Origin: the human T2T-CHM13v2.0 reference genome, Homo sapiens | Direction: 5' to 3' (one strand) | Length of the DNA stretch: 64,000 nt | Assembly: GCF_009914755.1 (NCBI RefSeq) | Contig: NC_060932.1 | Part shown: positions 48,771-64,000 of the stretch, piece by piece | Position numbering within the stretch: position 1 is the first letter of the stretch | Layout: every line of letters starts with the position of its first letter | The notes under the pieces: generated by a model | What the model saw: the letters and a program-made list of their open reading frames with translations, nothing else | The model's database searches: none | Told to the model about the DNA's origin: nothing | Position numbers and translations under genes: made by a program

Positions 48771-50545
48771 ATTTGGTCTCACAAGTCTTATTTGCAGTTT
48801 GTCTTTGCTGGCACCTCTGCCCACCTTGTTAATAGGCCTACATTTGTTCCAGGATGTTCCTAGCTCCTAATCCTACCCGTCTAGGTGAAAGGGGTACCAC
48901 CTAACTGAACACACTTGAGAGACCCAATTCAACCTGATGCCTGATCCTTGAAGTTAAAGAGAATGGGGGACCTGTGGCCCAGCACTACTGCATGTAGAAA
49001 ACCATGGAGCACTTATTTCCTGAGCTTCTAGGCCCAGAGTCTTTGAGGGAGGATGCTGTGGATAAAAGAGAGCCAATAAATAAAACCCCTTTCTTCCTGT
49101 GAGTTCTGCATCAGTCAAGATATAGAAACAGGGGTCAGATGAAAATATTACCTTACTGATGAGCTATGCTAAGGACACAGCTTGGAACTACAGCCACCAT
49201 GAGCTCAAATCAAGTTACCCATCCATCCCCACTCCGATGCGTACCCATAGTCAGAGCTCGATGACCCCTTCAGACTCTTCCTAGACAGGGGGCTAGGTTT
49301 GGCTGTTCCTCCTTCCCAATCTGACCACTCAGAGACGCCACTCAGAGACACCAGGCTTCCTGATTTGTTGAGGAGTGAGAGAGTTGGAAAAATTGGTAGT
49401 TGAAAACATGGGTAGATGTTTACTCTCCTACTTCTGCAAGGGTCTTTTGAAAGGGAAGAAGTTCCAACTTTAAGGGCTGAAGCAGGAAGGTTTGGATGGG
49501 AGATACTCCCCTTAGATGACATGCTGAAGGGTGAGTCATGCCACACAAAGTAGTTTCTACTTCAATCTGTTGTTCAACAAATATACTCTTATCATTATGA
49601 TCATACCAGACAGGTACTACATATCCAGCTGGGGATGGTGTACATTTTGAGAACATCTCTCAAACCTTTAGTGGCAGCTGCACTTCTGAGAGCATGTTTT
49701 CCCCCCATGAGGTTTCGCTGGAAAGACCCAGAAATTCTGAGCATGACTGTTGCACACCCACGTTGCAGGAGGATGGGGACAGGGTGACATGCACCCAGAG
49801 ACAGCATCCACCCACAGCTCCATTTGCTCAGCTGCCAAATGAGGTGGTTGATTCAATTATCTCCCTAAGGACCCAACTGTGTCAAACTTCTGTCATTCTG
49901 AAACACCACCACCCCCGTAACTGCTGAGGACCACCTTGCCCATAAATAAACTGGCAGAGCTAGGTAAACTTGCTGAATTTCCAAAGGCCAAGACACCAGA
50001 GAGTTCTTTCAGTCTTGATCAGGACAGGATTGTACTGCTAAGCCAAGTAAGCAAGGTTGGGACACATCACTACTGCAAATATGACACTCTCTGTACCTGT
50101 AAAAGCCACCTCATAGGGACTATAAACTGGTACAGCCTCTTGAAAGTATTCATCAAAGTAAAAAAATAGACACCTCTCCTTTGTTATGGTTTGAATGTTT
50201 GTGTCTGTCCAAAATCCATGTTGGAATCTAAGACCCAGTGTGATAGTATTAAGGGGTGGAGCATTTTGGAGGTGAATAGGCCATGGGGGCCCTGACCTTG
50301 TGAATGAAATTAGTGCCCCTATAAAAGAGGCTTCAGAGAGCTGCCTGGCCCTTCTATCTCTTTTGCTGTCTGATGACATAGAGTTTACCCCTTCCACCAT
50401 GTGAGAACATAGCAAGAAGGTGCCATCTTGGAAGCAGAGAGCAGCCCTCACCAGACACCAAGTCTCACCTGCCAGTGCCTTGATCTAGGACTTCCCAGCC
50501 TCCAGAACTGTGAGAAATACTTTTCTATTATTCATAAATTACCCA

Positions 50546-51287
50546 AAGTCTCAGTCTGTTTTGTGCTGCTATAGCAAAATGCCACTGACGGGGTGATTTG
50601 TAAACATTAGAAGTTTGTTTCTCACAGTTCTGAAGGCTGGGAAGTTCAAGATCAAGGCACTGGCAGTTTTGGTGTCTGGTGAAGGCTTGGTCTTTGCTTC
50701 CAAGATGGTGCCTGGAGCATTGCATCTACCCGAATGGAGAAACACTGTCCCTCACATAGCAGAATAGTGAAACAGCCTACTGTTGAAAGTCCTTTTACTA
50801 AGGTATTAGGCCAGGTGCAGTGGCTCATGTCTGTAATCCCAGCACTTTGGGAGGCTGAGGTGGGAGGTTTGCTTGAGCCCAGGAGTTTGAGACCAGCCTG
50901 GGCAACATAGCAAGACCCTGTCTCTATAAAAATAAAATAAAATAAAATAAAATAAAATAAAATAAAATAAAATAAAATAAAATAAAATAATTAGCCATTC
51001 ATGATGGTGAGCACCTGTAGTCCCAGCTACTTGTGAGGCTAAGGTGTGAGGATCGATTGAGCCCAAGATGTTGAGACTGAAATGAGCCATGATCGTGTCA
51101 CTGCACTCCAGCCTAGGCAACACAGCAAGACCCTGCCTCAAAAAAAAAAAAAATAGTTAAACCCACTCATGAGGGTGGAGCCTTAGTGTCTTAATCACCT
51201 CTTAAAGGCTCCATCTCCCAATACAATTACATTGGCGATGTATTTCAACATGAGTTTTGGAGGGGGATAAACAGTCAAACCATGGCA
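50546..51287 (-). mobile_element. MST-type MaLR LTR (inner, opposite orientation)
   Basis: cagtctgttttgtgctgctatagca...tctcacagttctgaaggctgggaagttcaagatcaagg...tttcaacatgagttttgg...ccatggca. Confidence 0.85.
50809..51153 (+). mobile_element. AluJ with (AAAAT)n-expanded middle linker
   Basis: Dimeric Alu; ~12 AAAAT units at 50928-50990. Confidence 0.93.
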
Positions 51288-51616
51288 CCCAGTCTCAGGT
51301 ATTTTGTTATAGAAGTACATATGGACTAAGACACCTTTGATCCAGCAATTTTACTTCAGGAAATTTATTTTATAGAAATAAATTATACACATCTCCAAGG
51401 ATAACTGTACAAAAGATATGTATTGCAGCATTCCGTGTAATAACAAAAAACTCAAAATAACTTAAATGTCTATTAATAAAAGATAGGTTAAATAAATATG
51501 GTTCATATATAGAATGGGATAGCCATGCAGCTATTAAAAAATATAATAAGGAGACTCTGTAGATACTGACATGGAGAGCTGTCCAAGACAGAGTTTGATT
51601 GAAAACAGTAGGATGG

Positions 51617-52447
<831 letters not shown>

Positions 52448-52527
52448 TTATATATGTCTATACTCTTCAGTTTTTTTTAAAACAATAAACATTTATTTGT
52501 TACTATTATTTTTACTTATAAAAAATA

Positions 52528-52680
52528 CTTTTTAGAGACAGTCTCATTCTGTCACCCAGGCTGGAGTGCAGTGATGTAATCATAGTTCACCGTAGCCACG
52601 AACTCCTGGGCTCAATGATCTTCCCACCTCAGCCTCCCGAGGAGCTGGGACCACAGGTGCGTGCTACTATGCCAAGCAGC
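52528..52680 (-). mobile_element. Alu right-arm monomer (FRAM/AluJ fragment)
   Basis: Antisense right arm only. Confidence 0.8.
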
Positions 52681-55051
52681 ATTTATTTTTTATTTTTTGG
52701 CACATACACAGTCCCCTCAATCCTCAGAGGAGGAAGAGATAGCCTTGGCCTCTGCTCCCCTGCTTTCTCATCATAGAACGTAAGACAGTGTCAGGGCTGA
52801 GTCAATGGAAAGGAAATGTGTTAAATCGAAAGCATTAAGGTGACATCACCTTGTTGAAAGCCCTCAGGGACATCTTTGACATCACTGACAGACAGGTCCA
52901 TTCCAGAGTGCATGGGATTTGATTTGTAAACTAGAGGTTTGATGGGTCTGAGTTCACAGGTAGGCAAAAATGCTGCTCCTCTGAATGAGAAAACACTGAA
53001 AACAGCACCCAGCCCACGCATCATCCAGTTTTAAATATCTCTTGGTGGGATCATTTCTGAGCCCCACTATCTTGTGGCAAACCACGTTTTCCATGGTGCC
53101 CAACAAGAGTTTACACGCCTGCTTGTTTTCTATGATTTACTTCTTCTATGGCTGTATTTGTGCAAACCATACACAGTGGTTGACAGAGAGATGAAGGTAC
53201 TCGCCTTTCTATGAATGGTTGAGAAACTGTCTACAAACCCTTTCCTGGGTGGGTAAACTCGATGTTGCCTGACCTCACAAATGTTAAGAAAAATAAGATT
53301 ACATCACAGTACTATCCAGGCCCCAATTATGCTGGATCTTTCCACCCTGTCAACTGTAGAACCCCAAGAGCCTTTCAAGGTTAGTCTTCTCCTTCCTGTA
53401 GAATGCCTGGGAGTTCCCTGGAGGTATCTTTAATGTAGACAATGATCTTTGGCAGCCTCTTGTCCCACCACTCTGTGTTGGCCTCTGGGGTATATGTCTC
53501 TTGGGATTCTCTTCCCACTCTGGCCAGAACCACAGCTTGCTGCTTGTAGGGCTGCTCTCCCCAGGCACCTGTGGCCTCCTCAGTGGGGCTGCCTCTCACA
53601 CCACGGATGCAGACATAATCACAATTTTTTTCCCTAGTGTGCTTCTAACTAGATGGAACTCAGTGGGTAATAGAGGATACTATGGTATGGAATGCCACCT
53701 AACTCAACAAGCTATATGCATCTGAATCTCTGCTGTGGGAAGCTGAGACCCTCCACCATACTTGTGAAGCACTGAAAGGACCCTCCAGTGGCAATGTGAA
53801 AGACTATTGGGTAAGACAAGTGAGGAAAAAAGCAATAATGAAAGAAAAGGAATATAGCTGAAGACTAAGAGGGGCAGCAGGTAAACTGCTAAGAGAATGA
53901 TGAAAGAATTTTAAGGCTAGTGGGTCAAAGATTTCACTGTTTCAGTCTTCAACCGGAGGCTGAATGAGTATCTCTGAGGGATTCCATGGCGAGAGGTTTT
54001 ACAGAGTAAATCTTTGATATTTGGGAAAAATACTTACTAGAGTATTTATTAGTACTTACTAGATACTTTGGAAATCCCCACACATACAGATACCATTATA
54101 ACAGAATTTAATGTTAGAAATTTGGGTCAGAAGAAAAATATTAGGGCCCCAGCGAAGTATGTGAGTTGGGCATTTAGCAAGGCCAACTCTTTAGCCAACT
54201 GACCTGCTCCTTCACCACTGGCTCAAAACTTGGATTCAAACTTGTGCTCCCTCATAATTACAAAAGAGTATGTCATGGATTTTGAGATCATGTGTCAACA
54301 GCTGCAACTGAGAACATCATGCAGCAGAGTGCTAAGGATCTATTATACAGTGCAAGGAGTTGTGTTGGGCCATGTCTAAGAGCTCTCCCAATTTGGGATT
54401 ATCACAATGAAGTGTGACATTATTTTCCATCATACTTCATTGACCTAAGCAATTTACCCACAAAGGCTAGATCTTCAGTTCACACCCTGAACAAGTCCTG
54501 TCAGCCTGAGAATCCCTCTAGATGAGCCTGTTTCTTTAAAACAGTTCTCAGCCTTCTCCTGGGCTTCAGCCAGGCCTTGATGGCCAGGGATGGATTCTGT
54601 ATTTTTCCGTGCACATAGAACTTCTTTGTTCCTTCTTTCTGACTTATTTTCCTCCCAAATAAAGGGCAGAGGAAAGGAGATTATCGAAGAAAGTCTGGCA
54701 AATGGGATGCAAGTTATCCAGTTGTACTATTCAGTGGGAAAATCTGGCTGTAAGCCTAGGAACTTAAAATGATGTTTCTAGATTTGAAAATATAATCTCA
54801 AAATGCTTCCATTTTGTGAAGGGTCAGTCCCCAGCCTCCATGCATAAAAGATAGACGGGAAGGACTAGGCAGGTGGAGAGTCATGATCGGGGGTACAGGG
54901 AAGAGTGAGGGCTTTTAGAAAGTGGTGTGGCTATAGTTCAGAGTCCTCACCCACCTGGGGTCGGGAGCTGTGGGTTTTCCTGTAGTGCTGCCTCTGAGCA
55001 CTGTAATCTTGGGCACATCACTTTGTTTCTTTTCACAACTGAGTATCCTCA

Positions 55052-55370
<319 letters not shown>

Positions 55371-55709
55371 TTAGACCAGATGTTCTAGAAGATTCCTTCC
55401 ATCTCTATCAGCCATGGATCTATGATTGTGATTACCACCCCTTCTAAGGAGCAGATTATAGAATGATGGATTTAAGACAAACTTACTAGTTGGTAGAGGT
55501 GAATAAATACCATTGAATTTATCAATGAATAATTGTTCCAAATGTAATCAGCTATTTGTCTTTTCTTATAAAACAATGTACACTGGATTTTTGGTTTTAA
55601 CATTAATAAGAATGTAAAAAATATTTTAATTCACTTTTCAAAGTGCTTTCACTGGTATAATTTTTTAAGGTACTCCCGTCACAAAGAGGGAGTTAAATAT
55701 GTGGGCCTA

Positions 55710-56050
<341 letters not shown>

Positions 56051-56859
56051 TCACCACAGTCTCTTATTTTGGCAATAGAGAGATGCAAGAAGTATTCTTT
56101 CTGGGATGACATATTCTTTGCTGGCAGCAGGCAGGTGCTGTGGTGTGTCCCTGGCCATCTTGGTCCCACAGGCCAGCTTTGTGGGATGAGAGATGGACCT
56201 TGGTGACTTCTTCCTCTAAGACATTGCAGACCTACTTCACTGCTTCTCATTTCTAGACAAAAGCACTATCTCGTAGCAGCACCTGGAAGCCACTACAGTG
56301 GGTTGGCCTTTGGTCCCTTTTGAGAGTAACAATTTTTTGTGGAAAATGTATTTTAGGAAACCTTGTGTCTGGGTTAGGTGGAATCATTAGCAATGATTCC
56401 ATCACATACTACATTCTCTTCTCTGCCAATGGCTTTTTGATCAATGGCCTCTGTATGACAGTTTATGAGATATTTAATAGGCTACATGGGCCCATTCATT
56501 GTGTGGATAGCTTGCTCCTGCAGCAAACTGCAGGCCCTACATCTAGCATACAGGGCAGACCAAGCACTCCCTTGGGCATTCTGAAGGTTAGAGGCCACCT
56601 TATACTCTGCCTGAGACAGTGGCTTTCTTTCTTGTGATAATAATGTTTTTATTCCACTGAATCCAGGTACGTGGAGAAATTTCAGAATAATCAACTTATT
56701 TGTTTTTGTTTTTCTTATAAAAGTGTTGCACAGACTAAATGCACTAATTTAGGAAGATTGCATAGATCAAATCTTGGTAGAAGTAAGCACTCACATTTTA
56801 ACTATTATTATTGTTATCATAGATTGTTTGGCACCAATGAGCTGCAAGTTGCAACGCAA

Positions 56860-56975
56860 CTCAATCTGAAGAGAAGGCCCAGATACCCTCTAGTCTAACC
56901 TCTCACTTTGCAAATGAGTGAACTGAGGTCCAGGAAGGAGGCAAGTCTTGCCCAAGGTCACAGAATTCACTGGTA
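56860..56975 (-). mobile_element. MIR fragment
   Basis: ctcactttgcaaatgagtgaactgaggtcc...cttgcccaaggtcacag. Confidence 0.7.
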
Positions 56976-57418
56976 ACATAAATATAATTAAAAATTCGGT
57001 GAAAAATATTTACTTAGATATGTATCTTTGAAGCCAGCCAGCGTTTTCCAGCATTTTTTGAGACAATGAAGTGGCAGGATAATCCTGGGTCCCCTAGAGA
57101 AATTTTGGAAAGGTTCTCCTATATAATAAAGTCACTTAAAAAGGAAGAATTCATTGCATTTTATCCAACTGACCTGTGAGGTCCCTCCACGGAACTCCAA
57201 GGAGCCCCCACTTATTCTGGCCCTGGGTTCCTTCAGAGGTGGCTAGGCTAGAGCTGTGTCTTGGGATTCCGTACAACTGCCACCGCTGGGAGAGATGGAA
57301 GTTCTCCATGTTTATGGGAAGCCGAATTCCTCCAATAATAGAAGAGAAAGAAACAAAGTTTGTTGGAATTTTTCATGAATTCTTCCTTTTTAAGTGACTT
57401 TATTTTATAGAAGGCATT

Positions 57419-57879
57419 TGTATTTAGTTTGCTAGGACTGCTGCAGCAAAGAACCATAGACTAAGTGACTTAAACGACAGAAACACATTGCCTCACAGTT
57501 TTGGAGGCTGGAAGTCCAAGATCAAGATGTCGGCAGGGTTGGTTCTTTCTGAGGGCAGTGAGGGAGAATCTCTTCCAGACCCCTCCCCTGCCTTGTTGTG
57601 TTTTCTGGCCACATTTGATGTTCCTTTGGTTATAGAAGTAATACCCCAATCTCTGACTTCATCTTCACGTAGTGTTTTCCCTGTATGTGTGTCTGTCTCC
57701 AAATTTCTCCCTTTTATAAGAACATTTGTCATGTTTGATTAGGGCCCCCTCTAATGACCACATTTTAACTTGATTATCTCTTTAAAGATGCTATCTTCAA
57801 ATAAGATCACATTCTGAGGTACTGTGGGTTAGGACGGCAACATATGAATTTCTGGAGAACACGACTCAACCCCATAACA
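57419..57879 (-). mobile_element. MaLR LTR (MLT1B/C-like)
   Basis: tcacagttttggaggctggaagtccaagatcaag...cacattctgaggtactg...tcaaccccataaca. Confidence 0.9.
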
Positions 57880-57899
57880 GCATTGAATAATTTAGACAA

Positions 57900-57995
57900 G
57901 TGAGGATTGTGTCTGCTTCATTTACCATCGCATGCCAAGCGTCTAGCACAAAGCACGTCACATATTGGGCTCTCAAATATTTGTTGAATTAATAA
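57900..57995 (+). mobile_element. L2 3' end relic
   Basis: gtctgcttcatttacc...ctagcaca...ctcaaatatttgttgaattaat. Confidence 0.6.
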
Positions 57996-59912
57996 ACACA
58001 TAGTTATCCTTATCTAATTATACTTGGTGTTTTTCAGATTGGCTTTTCATGAGGTGTTAATTTTCCCTCAAAGATGCAGATTATCCTTGGTGATGTGGGA
58101 ATTGGAAGACTGTGCACTCAGTAATCCCCCATCCTCAGGGTAGCTAATTTCATGTCAGCATCTTCTCACACAAGCACTTTAAATTGCACTATTTCCAAGT
58201 GGTAAAACTGACTGACAATGACTTTTGTCTGTCCTGTCTGGAGCCTGGTGGTGGGTACATTGAGCAATGAATTGATCTGAAAGCAGTGGCGGTAGGAAGA
58301 AGAAAAGCTCCTGAATAACAGAGTTGGCAAATGCCTTCCCTGGAAATCCTATTCTGCCTTTGACTTCTGATGATACCAGGGTAGGATGACACAGGAACAT
58401 CTGCATGGTGCTGGCCATGGGAATGCTGCCTGGGCGGATGGGGAAGTTCTCACAAACGTCTTTGCAACTGGGGAAAAGCCAGTTCTTACCTATCTGTGTC
58501 CCATCTGCAGGAATAGTAATGCCTTACAAAATTAAACCTGGACTCAGAGGCCCAAGTAGTAAATCCTGTGTCAGTCCTTTATATTTCCTATTAAAGTTGT
58601 CCATGCACATAAACAACAGATGGAAGAGATTAACAAGACGTATTATATTCAAGTACAATAAATTGGTCTGAAAGGTGGATGTCATGCTCTTATTGGGCAG
58701 AGTGTAAGTTCGGCTCAAATGCAAGGCTTTATTGTAGTGTGCTATGAGACTGCCTGGGTATTTGGGGAAAGAGGACCCAAGTCAGGAACCGAACCCATTT
58801 TAGACACCTGTATAGCCTTTCCAAAAAATAAGAGCATCCAGATCATGCCCCTCGAGCTGTGTTAAGAACAGATGACTATAATAAAAGCAAAAGAGCCCAT
58901 GACACAGGATCTGGTCACTTGTTTATTTCCACGTATTTTGCTCTGTTATGTTTTGAAGTGGGTGAACTGGGCTGTGCGAGTTTGCCTATGTGGCCATCTG
59001 GGCAAAAACTGGAGAACAGATTTCAGGCCCCCAGTTCTTCTGTTTGATTGGAAATTAGCTTCCTCCTTGGACTCCAATTTGCAATGTTTAATGGAATAGA
59101 AATGATTGGGAGCTCGTTGTTGACTGTTCATGTTAGAGAGAAGCTGTACTTAGTGCCACACTTCAGCGCTTTGCCCATTTATTGGTTCACTGCAGTGAAT
59201 GTGAATAGATTGCTGCTCCTAGGCACTTAGACACAGCATTCTGGGGTTCAGACCAAGACCAAGACTCCGATGAGTCTGAAAGAACACAAGACAACTAATT
59301 AGCTATGGGGCTGTTTTACCTTCCAGCCCCAAGAAGTCAGCCCAAGTCCAGCCCATGTCAGAGGATATGGTTCAGGGTTCAGAGGGCAGCGAGGGCATCT
59401 GGACCCTTTGAGAAAGGCCTGTGCATTTTTAGGTCAGTGTCTACCTCAGTGAACAGAGAAGTTAATCTTTTCATGATGAATTTGTATCGCCAGAGGTGCC
59501 CTACAACAGGGATGAGGCTGGGACCCGGACAGCATATGTGTCTCTTCTGAGCTTACACTCTTTATGGAACACTCTCCAGGACCATGTTCCACGAGCTGCT
59601 GGCATGTCCCACTGCTTGTAAAATTTCAGAAGGTCTTTGACTCCAGGCTAAACATCCCAGGTGCATTCTGTTTCTTTTCTGATCTAGTTTGTGTCCTCTG
59701 ACAGGTCTTGGCCAATGTTTACTGGTAAACATCTGTTTATCTGTGTCCAAGTAGGCAGCCAGCACTTCATATAGCATCTGGCTTAGAGTGGAGGTCCTAT
59801 TCCCACTACTTTGGTGCTACATTTCTATTAATACCCTTTGAGATCGTTATAAGTTTAAACACTTTTATTAAGAAATTTTGTAACATATAGAAAAGTACAA
59901 AGAACAATATAA

Positions 59913-60355
<443 letters not shown>

Positions 60356-60736
60356 TAAACCTTCTCTCTTGCTCCTTCCTCCTTTCCTGCCCCTCCTCCC
60401 CAGAGGTACCCATTATCCCAAATTTGGTATTTTTCAGTGTCATTTTTTTTATACTATTACTATATTTGTATATCTCTTTAAAAAAATAGAGCATTGTTCC
60501 ACATATTTTTGAATTTTATATACATGTTATAATTCCTTCCATAACTTGCTTTCTTATCTAATCTTTGTTCTTGAAGATTTCTCCATGTTGTTTTATTTTT
60601 TACTATACTGCTGTATAGTATTCCATTTTATAAATACATCACAATTTATTTATCCACTCTCCATTTGATTGATATTTATATTGTTTCTTTTTTTTCTTGC
60701 CTTTTACAAAGTACTGCAATAAATATTCTAGCACCA

Positions 60737-61352
<616 letters not shown>

Positions 61353-62109
61353 TAGTATATATATATACTAGTACCTGTCTTCTAGCATACAAATGGAAGA
61401 TTTATTTTCTATCATGTGCACTTAGAAGTAGAATTTCCGGGTCTACTGCTGCCTAGTGTTCGTAGCTCCCCTTACATATGCGAGGTCTCCTTTCTCCACG
61501 TCCTTACCTATCCATGATGTTGCCACACCAACATTTTTTCACCAGTCTGATGGTGTCCGTTGCTTTAATTTGCATTTCCCTAATTATCAGGGCTGCTGAG
61601 TGTGTTTTCCACATGCTTATTTTCAGTTTCCTTTTTTTGTGGTTTGCCTCTTTCTATACTTTGATGCCTTTTCTATGGACCTTAGTCTTTTTCTTTTTCA
61701 TTTGTGGAAATCCTTTTAAAATTTTGGACATCACCCTTTATTAAAGTGCTGTAAGTATCATTTCCCAGGCTGCACATTGTTGTCTAACTGTTTATGTGTC
61801 TTTTAGTGAACAAAAGATTTCTATTTTAATGTCATAAAATACACTTTAATGATTTCCCCTCTTTCTTTCTTTTTTCTAAGGGAAATATTCTTACTCTCCA
61901 GAGGTTATAAATGTTATTCTATATTTTCTTCATTAGGTTTTATAGGTCCCTCAACCTTAATTTGGGTTTTTAATTAACTTGGAATTGATTTTTGTGTGTG
62001 GTGTGATGTAGGAATCTAATATTCTTGTATTTTTCATAAAGATCACCAATTGCCCCAGAACATTTTTTGCACAATACGATTTCCCCATACTGATCCAATT
62101 CCACTTGTA

Positions 62110-62462
62110 AGAGCAAGGCAGGGGATGATGGTAGTGGGGCCCAGGGAAGACTAGGAGCTGAAGAGGGGCCACACTACAGGAATGATCATCTAGGGAGATG
62201 TAGTTTATGGTAGAAACGTGCCAAAGTAGGAGCGTGTGGGGGAATAAATATCTTGACATCTGTCTTCTCCAGGCTTTCATTTTTTTTCTTTTTTTTTTTT
62301 GCTGTTATTTCCCATTGGTTAAACCCCAAAGAAGTTAAACCCAGAGGGCAAGGGTGCCTTGATGATGTGGTCTGTAGGGACAGACCTCCCCAGGGCTCAG
62401 AACAGGGCAGTGAAGGGCAGAGAAGGGATCCCAGTGAGTGCAAATGGAAGGTGGCCCACACA
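62110..62462 (-). mobile_element. ERVL LTR relic (LTR41-like)
   Basis: cccattggttaaaccc...ccagagggcaaggg..ccttgatgatgtggtc...tccccagggc.cagaacaggg...gcaaatggaag. Confidence 0.6.
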
Positions 62463-63039
62463 GATCTCCCCGGCGTGCACTGACCTCATTTAATGTGTCC
62501 TTCTCCCAGAGATGCACCACCTGTTTAATTATAGTTTTACCACCTACATATGTATTGAGTATGTTTTGGAGGTCAGTTTTGAAGTATTGGGGAGCCAGCC
62601 CAAATCTAGCTGTGCAAAGAAAGAGCAATAGTTCCACAGCCAGAGAATAAATGCTGAATAGAGTCTTCGGGTCACGCTGTGGCTTTAGATTTCTTGAGAA
62701 TGTATAAGAGCCCCGTCTGGAGAAAGTGATCCTTGGCTACCAAGCTTCTATAGTTAAAAGTAGGAGATTAAAAAGGAGGTCAGAAGCACTGAGAGAATGA
62801 GGGAGACTGGTCATCACTTGACTTCACCATGGAGTGACCTCAGTGGGCTGTTTATTGGGGAAACCCCTGATGTCAGTCTCTTTAGGTCTTTCCTCTTGGG
62901 CTATCAGATTCCATGGAGGAAAGTCTTATGATCTCCTGTCTCAACCAAGTTGCATATGACACATGACCTCCCTGTTTGGAGCAGGGCACCTGTATCTTCA
63001 GCTGTGTCTGGTGGCCCCCAGTGTAGAGGTCCTTTGCCA

Positions 63040-63312
63040 GGATGGGAGAGGGTGGTTATATGCAGTGTGGAGTACCAGGGGGACTCTATGGATTTACTGT
63101 TTCTCAAGCAGCTTTCACCAAATCCTGCTTCATGTAGTACCCCCTTCCTTTCCAATCTGGAAGTATTTGGTACTGCCAGCGTCTTAGCCCTATAGAATTG
63201 CCACCAAGTCAACCAGGTTTGTTCCCAGTTCTTCCCACTGCAGGTTTAGGATGTGCCTGTCACAGATCTGCAGAGTCAGTTATGATTCCGCCACCTGCAT
63301 TCCAGCTTCCGT
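63040..63312 (-). mobile_element. Old L1M(E) 5' region relic
   Basis: ctgcaggtttaggat...tctgcagagtcagtta...cctgcattccagcttcc. Confidence 0.45.
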
Positions 63313-63377
63313 CTCTTATTGTTGTCTCCTCCTCTGTCCTTTCTGTTGTGCTTGTGCCTTTCTGTCTAAAAACAAAA

Positions 63378-63723
63378 GGCCAGGTGCCGCGGCTCACACC
63401 TGCAATCCCAGCACTTTGGGAGGCCAAGGTGGGCAGATCACCTGAGGTCAGGAGTTTGAAACCAGCCTGACCAACATGGTGAAACTCTGCCTCTACTAAA
63501 AATACAAAAAAAAAAAAAAAAAAGAAAGAAAGAAAAAAGCCAGGCATAGTGGCACAGGCCTATAATCCCAGCTACTCGGGAGGCTGAGGCAGAGAATTGC
63601 TTAAACCAGGAGGCAGAGGTTTCAGTGAGCCGAGATCACACCACTGCACTCTAGCTTGGGCAACAAAAGTGAAACTCCATCCGTCTCAAACAAACAAACA
63701 AACAAACAAACAAAAACAAAAAA
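63378..63723 (+). mobile_element. AluS with (CAAA)n tail
   Basis: Dimeric Alu. Confidence 0.95.
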
Positions 63724-63726
63724 CAG

Positions 63727-63976
63727 ATGAGGTCTCACTATATTGCCCAGGCTGGTCTTGAACTACTGGGTTCAAGGTATCATTCTGCCTCACCCTGCAG
63801 AGTAACGGGGATTACAAGTGCAAGTCACCACACCTGGGCTTTCTGTCCTTTTAAGAAATCCTTTTGGCTGAGGAGGGAGGATGGCTTGAGCCTGGAAGGT
63901 AGACTGCAGTAAGCCATGATCATGCCTCTGCGCTCTAGCCTGGGCCAAAGAGCAAGACCCTGTCTGGAAAAAAAAT
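63727..63976. mobile_element. Antisense FLAM (63727-63839) and sense Alu right-arm fragment (63866-63976)
   Basis: Two Alu monomer fragments in opposite orientation. Confidence 0.8.
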
Positions 63977-64000
63977 CCTTTTACTACAGTTTTATAAAGT

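Larger units (their letters stand above)
50182..51333 (+). mobile_element. MST-type MaLR LTR (outer), inserted in an L1M 3' fragment
   Basis: tgttatggtttgaatgtttgtgtc...cttcccagcctccagaactgtgagaaata...; resumes 51288 cccagtctcaggtattttgttatag...gactaagaca. Confidence 0.85.

Noticed and set aside
48850-50110. Cluster of overlapping 60-113 aa ORFs in non-repeat DNA, possible processed pseudogene
   Set aside because: No recognisable protein family in any frame, frequent stops, no poly(A) or TSD; a BLASTX hit would be needed
53340-53640. GC-richer stretch with 72-aa ORFs
   Set aside because: No recognisable homology; more likely an ancient LTR relic, which I cannot assign

Overview
Primate (very probably human) intergenic or deep-intronic DNA dominated by interspersed repeats: about 40 Alu/FLAM elements, one full-length but ORF-disrupted L1PA (L1PA5-like, 29551-35717), old L1M/L2/MIR relics, ERV1 and MaLR solo LTRs and hAT/Tigger MITEs. 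I see no supportable host protein-coding exon. Almost all ORFs in the track are Alu, simple-repeat or L1 translations. I cannot place the locus without a search, and repeat subfamily names are from memory of consensus sequences. I found no convincing new gene system. The structure not explained by standard repeats is a set of insertion and repair scars. (i) Several locally templated copies: an inverted copy of an Alu plus its unique flank (5.4->6.3 kb), a 32-bp Alu piece apparently copied from a neighbour (7.8->9.3 kb), and a ~330-bp copy of 47.2-47.9 kb pasted at 43.95 kb that ends in a 104-nt fold-back hairpin. (ii) Two TSD-flanked, poly(A)-signal-bearing non-Alu retro-inserts (44738-45023, 45089-45124). 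The 43.95-kb copy and both retro-inserts lie, with a near-pristine AluYc1-like element, inside one ~2-kb L1MB relic. The L1PA also keeps an open antisense ORF0 and the 129-bp ZNF93-target segment, but its YY1 site is damaged.
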